From positions 900,001 to 932,000 of the forward strand of contig NC_010482.1 of assembly GCF_000019605.1 (NCBI RefSeq): DNA of 32,000 nucleotides, given 5' to 3'. The notes under the pieces were generated by a model that saw only the letters and a program-made list of their open reading frames with translations, was not told the DNA's origin and did not search any database. This DNA comes from Candidatus Korarchaeum cryptofilum OPF8 (lineage in GTDB: Archaea > Korarchaeota > Korarchaeia > Korarchaeales > Korarchaeaceae). Made by a program: the position numbers and the translations under genes. Within the stretch, counting starts at the first letter, position 1. Each line of letters starts with the position of its first letter. Positions 13,644 through 21,115 of the stretch are shown in pieces.

Positions 13644-14546
13644 GTGTCGTTCAAGAGGCTCGTTTCAAGTGTATTCGGGCTCTTTAAGAAGCCGACTACT
13701 CTAGTCATTTTAGGATTGGATGGCGCCGGGAAAACGACGATGCTGAATTACTTGCTCACAGGGGAGCCAGGGGTAACCGCACCGACAGTCGGAGCCAATT
13801 TCGAGAAGTTCAAGGTCAAGGAGCTTGAGTTCAACGTATGGGATCTCGGAGGTCAGAAGGCCCTAAGGGGTATGTGGGAGGAGTACGCTGAGAAGGCTGA
13901 TGCGGTAATTTTCGTTCTGGACTCAGCTGATAGGGAGAGATTCCCTGAGGCTAAGGAGGAGCTCTGGAGGATAGTCTCCGTGATAAGGAAGAGTAAGCCT
14001 CTACTCATAATCGCGAATAAGGCTGATCTTGAGAATGCTGCGACAGTAATGGAAGTTATAGAAGCATTGGAATTGACGAAGTTAGAGGGGATGACTTGGC
14101 AGATAGTCTGGGCTAGCGCTTTAACGGGCTTCGGCTTATTCGAGGCCTTCGCATGGATCTATGAGAGGCTGACAGGCAAGGAAGTTTCGCACCCCCTCAG
14201 GATAGAGGATCTGATCGTTTTAGATGATAAAGGGAACCCAATAATTTCAACGAGTTCGACAACTAGCTTGACGCTCAGCGCCTTCGTTTCATTAGTGAGG
14301 AATTATACGACGGAATCTCTCAAAGATATCCCGCAGACGATAGAGATGAGGGACAAGAGATTGATAATAGCGATCAGGGAGGGCCTGATAGGCGCTGCTT
14401 TGGTCCCCCGTTACTCCTCCGAGAGTAAGGTGAAAGCGCTCCTAGTGGATGTCCTCAATAACATAGCGAGGGTCAAGGATAAGGAGAGGGCTAGGGAGGC
14501 CCTCATGGAAGTAATAGAAAAGTACGTTGAGAACGTAGGGACTTGA
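13644..14546 (+). CDS. Arf/Arl/Sar-family-like small GTPase with N-terminal amphipathic helix, fused to a C-terminal Roadblock/longin-type domain (300 aa)
   Basis: GTG start. The nearby ATG at 13642 is out of frame and terminates quickly. N-terminus is MSFKRLVSSVFGLFKK. G1 is GLDGAGKTT, switch I is PTVGANFE, and the interswitch/G3 is FNVWDLGGQ. These are followed by VLDSADRERFPEAKEEL, G4 ANKADLENA and G5 ASALTGFGLFEAFAWI. Residues about 185-300 read as beta-beta-alpha-beta-beta-beta-alpha (IEDLIVLDDKGNPIIST...). Confidence 0.85.
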   Translation: MSFKRLVSSVFGLFKKPTTLVILGLDGAGKTTMLNYLLTGEPGVTAPTVGANFEKFKVKELEFNVWDLGGQKALRGMWEEYAEKADAVIFVLDSADRERFPEAKEELWRIVSVIRKSKPLLIIANKADLENAATVMEVIEALELTKLEGMTWQIVWASALTGFGLFEAFAWIYERLTGKEVSHPLRIEDLIVLDDKGNPIISTSSTTSLTLSAFVSLVRNYTTESLKDIPQTIEMRDKRLIIAIREGLIGAALVPRYSSESKVKALLVDVLNNIARVKDKERAREALMEVIEKYVENVGT

Positions 14547-14558
14547 TGGGGGGATCAG

Positions 14559-15014
14559 ATGACTCTAATAAAGTTACTCCTCTCAATACTCGACAAGGAG
14601 GGTTTCTCACTGATAGGCTTCTATCCCCCGGGGGAGATAGACGAGGAGATCAAGAAGCTAGTGGTGAAGGCTTTCCCGATGTCGGCATCCGGAGGAGAGG
14701 TCGTCAAGTTCAAGCAGATGAATCTGAACTTCGTAGGCTGTACGGTCAGATTGGCTGGGGAGAAGCCGAGGCAGGGGATGGCAGCTCTCGTAGCTATAAC
14801 CGATGATGAGGGGGAAGTTAGCAGAGTGGAATCAGGGATGTTGAGGGTGGCTGAGAGCATATCATCGAGCGATATGACTTCCGATAAGTTGAAGGATCTT
14901 CTGCCGGATGTTTTTAAGTTCCTCTCAGCGTATAGGGGCAAGGAGAGTGAAGCTGAGGGGAAGGATAAGGGAGCCTTAGATAAGGCCGTTGAGAGGGCCA
15001 GGGGTTTCTTCTAG
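14559..15014 (+). CDS. Hypothetical protein (151 aa), longin/Roadblock-like fold candidate with an acidic/lysine-rich tail
   Basis: Starts 12 nt after the GTPase stop and is preceded by GGGGGGAT. LIKLLLSILDKEGFSLIGFYPPGEIDEEIKKLVVKAF...NLNFVGCTVRL...AALVAITDD...MLRVAESI reads as beta-beta-alpha-beta-beta-beta-alpha. Preferred over the overlapping 14543-14806 ORF. Confidence 0.6.
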   Translation: MTLIKLLLSILDKEGFSLIGFYPPGEIDEEIKKLVVKAFPMSASGGEVVKFKQMNLNFVGCTVRLAGEKPRQGMAALVAITDDEGEVSRVESGMLRVAESISSSDMTSDKLKDLLPDVFKFLSAYRGKESEAEGKDKGALDKAVERARGFF

Positions 15015-15034
15015 GGGGTGGTATCATTCAGGCG

Positions 15035-15856
15035 ATGGGAATCGATCCATATGTCCTCGCTCATACGACTTCTCTCCTCTTGATGGCAGCTGCAGCGATA
15101 TACCACCTCATAACTCTCCTCAGGCTGAGGGGCTCAGGCACTTCATGGCTCAGGGGAGCTGGGCCTACGATTGCATGGCTCATATTATTCGCATTATGGG
15201 CAGTAACTGAGTACTTCCTCCTCTCATATTATGAGAAAGTGGGATTCCCCTTCACAATCCTCCCGCCGAGGCTCATACTCAATGTGGACCTCTGGTTCTA
15301 CGCTTTCGTAACACTGCTCATCTCTTTCGCATTCGTAATCACGGTGAGCTTCTATCTACTTGAGCTCAAAGTCCTCTATATTTTACCAGCTGTTGGAGTT
15401 TCCTTCAGCCTCTACATAGTTTACTTGACCTATAGGCTCTACGGGATCACCCTCTTCACATACTTCGAGATTAATGAGGTATTATCGGGAATGATCGCCC
15501 TATTAATAGGTATGACTCAGCTCTTCGGTCTCATTTCAGTGATCCTGTTCCTCTACATTTACATGAGGACCAAGAGTATGAGGGCTCTCTCCTTCGCGAT
15601 AGCTAGCTTCATAATGGGTCTTCTCCTGTTAGGTATAGATTACACTCTTTCCATTCTTCCATTGGCCTTAACAAGACAGATTCTTCCTTGGAGGGATGAA
15701 TTCCTGAAGATGCTCGTCGACTGGCCTCTGAACGTTATATACATAATAGCGGCCCTCCTGATGTTCCTAGGGCAGATAAGGGTTCTGGATGCTATATTCA
15801 AGCCTTCAGCTAAGAAAGAAGCTCCCTGGATAGAGAAGATGATGGAGAAGAGCTGA
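15035..15856 (+). CDS. Polytopic membrane protein (273 aa, about 7-8 TM helices), last gene of the GTPase operon
   Basis: Starts 20 nt after the previous stop. Hydrophobic segments continue throughout. An oligo-T block follows it. Confidence 0.7.
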   Translation: MGIDPYVLAHTTSLLLMAAAAIYHLITLLRLRGSGTSWLRGAGPTIAWLILFALWAVTEYFLLSYYEKVGFPFTILPPRLILNVDLWFYAFVTLLISFAFVITVSFYLLELKVLYILPAVGVSFSLYIVYLTYRLYGITLFTYFEINEVLSGMIALLIGMTQLFGLISVILFLYIYMRTKSMRALSFAIASFIMGLLLLGIDYTLSILPLALTRQILPWRDEFLKMLVDWPLNVIYIIAALLMFLGQIRVLDAIFKPSAKKEAPWIEKMMEKS

Positions 15857-15862
15857 GTACAC

Positions 15863-15883
15863 TTTTTATTTTTTTACCTTTTT
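15863..15883 (+). terminator. T-rich block (T5-A-T7-ACC-T5): terminator of the GTPase/membrane operon, doubling as the A/T promoter element for ilvD
   Basis: Begins 7 nt after the stop at 15856 and ends 12 nt before ATG 15895. Confidence 0.5.
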
Positions 15884-15894
15884 CGAGTATCCTT

Positions 15895-17559
15895 ATGGAT
15901 TTGAGGTGGAGGAGCAGATACGTCACTGAGGGACCTGAGAGGGCCCCTCAGAGATCTCTATTCAAGGCAGCAGGTCTTGATGATGAGGATCTCAAGAGAC
16001 CGATAATAGGAATAGCCAATTCCTGGAACGAGATAGTGCCGGGGCACGTTCACCTCGATAAAGTAGCTAAAGCAGTTAAGGAGGGAGTCAGGGAGGCTGG
16101 AGGAACTCCGTTGGAGTTCGACACTATAGCTATATGCGACGGGATAGCTATGGGTCACGAGGGGATGAAAGCTCCCCTCCCCAGTAGGGAAGTAATAGCT
16201 GCGAGCGTGGAGCTCATGGCGAAGGCCCATGCTTTCGATGCTCTCGTCCTGATAACTTCATGCGATAAGATAACTCCTGGAATGCTCATGGCCGCAGCGA
16301 GGCTGAACATACCAGCTGTAATGGTTAACGGGGGCTGCATGCTCCCGGGAATTCACGAGGGGAAGGAGGTAGCGATAAGCCAGTTGTTCGAAGCAGTCGG
16401 CCAGTACGCCTCGGGGAAGATTAGCGAGGAGGAACTTAGGAGGATGGAATCTCTAGCTGTCCCAGGCCCGGGGTCTTGCGCGGGGCTTTACACAGCTAAT
16501 ACGATGGCTATAGCCGGCGAGGCTCTCGGCATGATCCCTCCAAACACTTCCACTATACCAGCAGTATCGGCTGACAGGATAAGGGCTGGAAGGCTCGCTG
16601 GGAGATTGGTCATGAGGATGCTCGAGATAGGGCTGAAGCCGAGGGATATAATGACTTATGAGGCATTCGAAAATGCCATAAGAGTGGATGTAGCTCTGGG
16701 AGGATCTACTAATGCTGTACTGCATCTCATGGCGATAGCTAGGGAAGCTGGCATAGAGCTGCCCCTGGAACTGTTCGATAGGATAAGCAGGGAGACCCCT
16801 CACTTAGCCAATATAAATCCGGCTGGCCCCCATTACGTCAAGGATCTGCATTACGCAGGGGGAGTGCCCGCCATATTCAAGGAGCTCTCCGATATGATGC
16901 ACCTCGACGCCATTACAGTGTCAGGGGAGAGGTGGAGGAGCATAATCGAGAGAGCTGAGGTTAAGGATAGGAGAGTCATAAGGCCCAAGAGCGACCCTTA
17001 CCATAAGGAGGGTGGTCTAGCGATTCTCTGGGGCAGTTTGGCTCCTAGAGGAGCTGTAGTGAAGCAGACAGCTGTGGATCCGGAGATGCATGTCTTCAGG
17101 GGTAAGGCTAAGCCGTTCAACTCCGAGGAGGAAGCTGTTAAAGCTCTATTCGATGGTAAGATAGGGGAAGGCGATGTCGTAGTAATAAGGTACGAGGGCC
17201 CGAAGGGAGGGCCTGGGATGAGGGAGATGCTCACAGCTACCGCTACCATAACTGGAATGGGTCTGAGGAGAGTCGCACTGATAACTGATGGTAGATTCTC
17301 CGGAGCCACTAGAGGACCTGCTATAGGCCATGTCTCCCCTGAGGCAGCCGAGGGAGGGCCCATAGCTTTAGTGGAGGAAGGCGATGAGATACTGATAGAT
17401 ATACCGGGGAGGAAGCTCGAGCTATTAGTGAGCGAGGAGGAGCTGGATGAGAGGAGGAAGAATTGGAAACCGATGAAAAAGGAGGAGTCAGGATTCCTGA
17501 GGATATTCTCGATGCTAGCTGAGTCAGCTGATAGGGGGGCTGTACTGAGATATCAGTAG
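15895..17559 (+). CDS. ilvD: Dihydroxy-acid dehydratase
   Basis: 554 aa. IlvD/Edd family motifs include [14 protein letters not shown], the Fe-S cysteines in [13 protein letters not shown] and [23 protein letters not shown] and [23 protein letters not shown]. Confidence 0.93.
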   Translation: MDLRWRSRYVTEGPERAPQRSLFKAAGLDDEDLKRPIIGIANSWNEIVPGHVHLDKVAKAVKEGVREAGGTPLEFDTIAICDGIAMGHEGMKAPLPSREVIAASVELMAKAHAFDALVLITSCDKITPGMLMAAARLNIPAVMVNGGCMLPGIHEGKEVAISQLFEAVGQYASGKISEEELRRMESLAVPGPGSCAGLYTANTMAIAGEALGMIPPNTSTIPAVSADRIRAGRLAGRLVMRMLEIGLKPRDIMTYEAFENAIRVDVALGGSTNAVLHLMAIAREAGIELPLELFDRISRETPHLANINPAGPHYVKDLHYAGGVPAIFKELSDMMHLDAITVSGERWRSIIERAEVKDRRVIRPKSDPYHKEGGLAILWGSLAPRGAVVKQTAVDPEMHVFRGKAKPFNSEEEAVKALFDGKIGEGDVVVIRYEGPKGGPGMREMLTATATITGMGLRRVALITDGRFSGATRGPAIGHVSPEAAEGGPIALVEEGDEILIDIPGRKLELLVSEEELDERRKNWKPMKKEESGFLRIFSMLAESADRGAVLRYQ

Positions 17560-18011
17560 AATTCCTCCGGCAGGGCTCCCTTACTCAATTTCCTCCTCAC
17601 GTAAATCCTGAGGAGTACCATGTAAGCTGTGTAGAAGAACACCCCATAAACAGCCCCTAGGAAGAGCATAGCTAACAGCGCTCTCCCATCGATGTTAATA
17701 GTGCTTCCTATGAGCCTAGCTAAGATGGGCTCCGATATGCCGAGCCTCGCTATTGGGAAGGCTATTATCCAGGATATCCAGACCTTGGGGAAGGGGTGCC
17801 TTATCCTCTCCGGCATGGGTATGAGCCTGATCAGGAGATCGAGGTAGTAGGAGAAGAGGAGGAGCGGAGCTATGACAACGATGGAATACATGAGGCCCTC
17901 CAGAGGCGCTGGGGAGAACAAGTATAGTATTAGGAGAGCTGACATAGGGATTAATGTCGCTAGGAGCCCTATCCATCTAACGTAAACGAACTTAGGGGGA
18001 GGCCTGAGCAT
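17553..18011 (-). CDS. Small integral membrane protein (152 aa, about 4 TM)
   Basis: Hydrophobic ORF. Its 3-prime end overlaps the convergent ilvD stop by 7 nt. Confidence 0.55.
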   Translation of the reverse strand: MLRPPPKFVYVRWIGLLATLIPMSALLILYLFSPAPLEGLMYSIVVIAPLLLFSYYLDLLIRLIPMPERIRHPFPKVWISWIIAFPIARLGISEPILARLIGSTINIDGRALLAMLFLGAVYGVFFYTAYMVLLRIYVRRKLSKGALPEEFY

Positions 18012-18039
18012 ATGATAGAGCTCCTCCTCAAAATAAAAG

Positions 18040-18447
18040 CTACTCCATTATCTCGTAGGGGGATTCCGTGGGCCACTTGGGTATCAGGGGGACGAACATT
18101 ATCCCTCCGACGACGACGTACCTCAAAACGCTCTCTCCCTTGTTGAATATCCTGTGCCTAACTCCCTCTGGGAGGAAGACCCCATATCCTCTCTTAATTT
18201 CGTACCTCTCACCCTCTATCTCGACTTCCCCCTCACCCTCCAGTATGTAGTAGACCTCCTCGCACTTGTGCCTGTGGAGGGGGGTGTGATGCCCGGGATC
18301 CACTTCAACTACCCCCAGTATCAGGGACTTAGGTGGAGGATCCACTGTCTCCGGGTAAATTACTTTGAGATCCCTCACGTTCTTCCTCTCCATCGGGGCC
18401 CCTCCTACTACCTCATCCGGCTTCACCACATACTTGGGCATGATCAC
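18040..18447 (-). CDS. Cupin-domain protein
   Basis: Cupin motif 1 is GHHTPLHRHKCEEVYYILEGEG. Motif 2 is GVFLPEGVRHRIFN. Confidence 0.8.
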   Translation of the reverse strand: MIMPKYVVKPDEVVGGAPMERKNVRDLKVIYPETVDPPPKSLILGVVEVDPGHHTPLHRHKCEEVYYILEGEGEVEIEGERYEIKRGYGVFLPEGVRHRIFNKGESVLRYVVVGGIMFVPLIPKWPTESPYEIME

Positions 18448-18785
18448 ACCTCCAGATCCCTCTTAAATAGCTCGTGGGGAGGGGAGAACACTTCAACCAC
18501 TACAGAATCCTCTATCGCCTCCGTCTCATGATCCACGTTCCCCGGGATCACGTAAGCATCCCCCTGGCTTAAATAGTGGACCTCCTCACCTATCCTGAGC
18601 TTTATCTTTCCCCTCACTACGTAACCTATCTGCTCATTCCCATGGGAATGGGGTTTCGAGACAGCTCCGGCCTTCAAGCTCACCTCGAGAAGGAGAGTCC
18701 TCTCCCCGAGCGCCAGAGTCTTCCTCCTGATCCCCGGCCAAGTCTCCACGACTCTCGCTTCCTCTCCCCTGAGCATCTTGAACAT
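18444..18785 (-). CDS. Cupin-domain protein
   Basis: Cupin motifs are SKPHSHGNEQIGYVVRGKIKL and GDAYVIPGNVDHETEA. A 4-nt overlap joins it to the downstream cupin gene. Confidence 0.8.
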   Translation of the reverse strand: MFKMLRGEEARVVETWPGIRRKTLALGERTLLLEVSLKAGAVSKPHSHGNEQIGYVVRGKIKLRIGEEVHYLSQGDAYVIPGNVDHETEAIEDSVVVEVFSPPHELFKRDLEV

Positions 18786-18888
18786 ATGCTACCGTGGGTC
18801 AATAAAATAAAAAATTTTCCGGAGGGGATCGATACCGTATTTCGTCGAATGTGGAAACATAAAATTTATATTAAAGGCAGCCGTCGGT

Positions 18889-20382
18889 ATGGCCACAAAG
18901 GTGATGGGCATGGAGAAGGAGAGCCTCATTCTAGGGAGGTTCAAGAAGCCCTTCGACATCAAGGAACTGCCGAAGTTCCCAGGATACGCTGCTATGATAG
19001 GTCCCGGGATAGTCTGGGCGGGGCTCTCCCAGGGGAGCGGGGAGCTCATATGGTGGCCCTACATGGTCGCGAAATACGGAGTTTTCTTCCTCAGCTGGCT
19101 CATATTCTACGCTAGCCTCCAGTACTGGATAAACCTGGAGATAGCTAGGTACACTATGGCCACTGGCGAGGGGATATTCGAGGGGTTCCACAGGGTCCAC
19201 AGGATATACGGATGGGCCATGTTCATCATGTCCATGATAGTCATGCTCTGGGTCGGAGGGTACGTCTCGAGCGGTGCGACCGCTCTCGCAGCCTTGACTA
19301 AATTCCCGGCCGGCTGGGATGCCGCTGGGCAGACCAGGTTCTGGGCTGAAGTAGCTATAATCGTCATATGGATAATATTCATACTGGGGCCCGTCGCTTA
19401 CAAGGTGGTGGAATACGTCGAGATCCTGGCGGCTTTCATCTCATTCGGAGGTATGCTCATAGCTGTCCTCCTCTCACCGGCCGTAGCGAAAGTAGCTGGC
19501 GAGTACTTCCCTGCCCTGATTCCCTGGTACGCTAGCGGTTTCAACATGCTACCTCAGAACTTCGATGCCAAGGATATGAATATATTCATCACGCTGATAG
19601 CTTACACCGGAGCCGGCGGTTTCTGGAACCTCCTATACAGCTACTGGGTCAGGGATAAGAACGCTGCGATGGCAGCTCACATAGGGCGTGTGACGAGTCC
19701 TATAACAGGGGAACCCGAGCCCATACCGGGTGTGGGAGTAGCTTTCACAGCGAGCCCAGAGGCCCATGAGGAGTGGAAGAAGTGGATGACTTGGCAGTGG
19801 ATTGAGAACTTGATAGGGGTTGTGATGAACACTCTCACGATAGTTCTGACGACCCTACTCACTTACGCAATCCTCAGGCCCGAGTACTTAGCGACGGGGA
19901 AGCTGCCCTCCGGATTCAAGCTAGTGGTATATCAAGCCGAGTGGTTCGGCCACCTGTGGGGAGATGTTGGAAGGGGGATACTGTACATAGTGGGCTTCTT
20001 CTTCCTAGTCGATGCATATATAACTGCCTTAGACGGTGCAGGGAGGACTGTAGCCAGCAACCTGTACACGGTACCTGGGATACCCGAGAGAGTCGAGTAC
20101 CGCAAGATATACTACTGGGTCGTGACAATATTCACAGTGATCGGGATGATAACTGTCCTGCTGGAGCAGCCCGGCGTACTAGTTCTACTGACCGGCGTGA
20201 CCAATATGCTGATAATGGTCATATTCACGTGGGTCTTCTTCTACCAGAACTTCGTGCTTCTGCCTAAGATACACCCAGCCGGGAAGATAGTGAGGCCCTC
20301 TTGGATAGTCCTCATATTCCTCTTGATAAGCGCGATATTCTTCACGTACTCCTTCGCTCTCTACCTCGATGTGACCTTCTAA
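18889..20382 (+). CDS. Polytopic membrane transporter, distantly Nramp/MntH-like (about 11-12 TM)
   Basis: 497 aa. The N-terminal GPGIVWAGLSQGSGELIWWPYMVAKYG....LQYWINLEIARYTMATGEGI parallels the Nramp GPG...G...YG...Q...ARLG.VTG layout, but the canonical DPGN motif is absent. Confidence 0.5.
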   Translation: MATKVMGMEKESLILGRFKKPFDIKELPKFPGYAAMIGPGIVWAGLSQGSGELIWWPYMVAKYGVFFLSWLIFYASLQYWINLEIARYTMATGEGIFEGFHRVHRIYGWAMFIMSMIVMLWVGGYVSSGATALAALTKFPAGWDAAGQTRFWAEVAIIVIWIIFILGPVAYKVVEYVEILAAFISFGGMLIAVLLSPAVAKVAGEYFPALIPWYASGFNMLPQNFDAKDMNIFITLIAYTGAGGFWNLLYSYWVRDKNAAMAAHIGRVTSPITGEPEPIPGVGVAFTASPEAHEEWKKWMTWQWIENLIGVVMNTLTIVLTTLLTYAILRPEYLATGKLPSGFKLVVYQAEWFGHLWGDVGRGILYIVGFFFLVDAYITALDGAGRTVASNLYTVPGIPERVEYRKIYYWVVTIFTVIGMITVLLEQPGVLVLLTGVTNMLIMVIFTWVFFYQNFVLLPKIHPAGKIVRPSWIVLIFLLISAIFFTYSFALYLDVTF

Positions 20383-20387
20383 ATTTA

Positions 20388-20438
20388 GTGCCCCCCTAAC
20401 TTTCAATAATTTTTTCATTTTGTGCCGAGGGGGGTCAC
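20388..20438 (+). terminator. Inverted repeat (GTGCCCCCC ... GGGGGGTCAC) enclosing T-runs after the transporter gene; possible terminator
   Basis: A C6 run (20391-20396) pairs with a G6 run (20429-20434). The 32-nt A/T loop contains T5 and T4 runs. Confidence 0.3.
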
Positions 20439-20481
20439 CAAAGATTTTTATTGTTTACTAGAATTATCAGCTGGCGATAGC

Positions 20482-21045
20482 ATGGCCAAGAGGGTATTGA
20501 TAGTAGCTGGTGATGCTGTCGAAGCCCAGGAGCTCTTTTACCCGTATTGGAGGTTGAAGGAGGAGGGCTTCGAGGTCCATGTGGCTGCACCAACTAAGAA
20601 AGTCCTGATGACAGTTGTGCACGACTTCGAGCCAGGCTGGGAGACTTACACGGAGAAGCCCGGGTACAGGTTCGTTTGGGTGGATAAGGAGTTCAAGGAA
20701 GTGAAACCTGAGGATTACGATGGTTTGGTGATACCCGGAGGGAGGGCGCCTGAGTACATCAGACTCAACGAGGACCTTGAGAGGATAGTGAGGCATTTCA
20801 TGGAGAAGAGAAAGCCCTTAGCTGCTATATGCCATGGCCCTCTTGTCCTCACTGGTTACAAGCTCATAGAACCTGGTATGAATGTGACTTCATATGCAGC
20901 GGTTGCTCCGGACCTGAAGGCCCACGGAGCCAATTGGCACGATAAGGAGGTAGTGATATGCAGGGGCCACATCGTCACAGCTAGGGCCTGGCCGGATCTA
21001 CCTTACTGGATGAGGGAGTTCATAAGGATCCTGAAGGAGAAGTGA
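20482..21045 (+). CDS. pfpI: DJ-1/PfpI-family intracellular protease / deglycase
   Basis: ATG 20482 gives MAKRVLIVAGDAVEAQELFYPYWRLKEEGFEV, which is colinear with Pyrococcus PfpI/PH1704-type proteins as I recall them. The nucleophile elbow is AAICHGPLVL, followed by VIPGGRAPEY and a C-terminal WMREFIRILK. The track GTG 20422 start adds 20 unsupported residues. Confidence 0.9.
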   Translation: MAKRVLIVAGDAVEAQELFYPYWRLKEEGFEVHVAAPTKKVLMTVVHDFEPGWETYTEKPGYRFVWVDKEFKEVKPEDYDGLVIPGGRAPEYIRLNEDLERIVRHFMEKRKPLAAICHGPLVLTGYKLIEPGMNVTSYAAVAPDLKAHGANWHDKEVVICRGHIVTARAWPDLPYWMREFIRILKEK

Positions 21046-21115
21046 CCCCGACCCCATATTTTATATCTGTGAAATCTCGGAAAAGGTAATAAGGAATTTA
21101 CCCCTCAATCTTAGG

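Noticed and set aside
14543-14806. 87-aa ORF overlapping the start of the 151-aa longin-like gene in another frame
   Set aside because: The Arg/Gly-rich translation is typical of an off-frame reading. The 14559-15014 frame is longer, has an SD-like GGGGGGAT, and gives a plausible alpha/beta secondary-structure pattern.
18154-19382. ORFs 18154-18531 (+), 18576-19115 (+), 18789-19049 (-), 18931-19200 (-) and 19107-19382 (-)
   Set aside because: All are antisense or off-frame relative to the motif-supported cupin genes or the long hydrophobic transporter ORF. None has a family motif.
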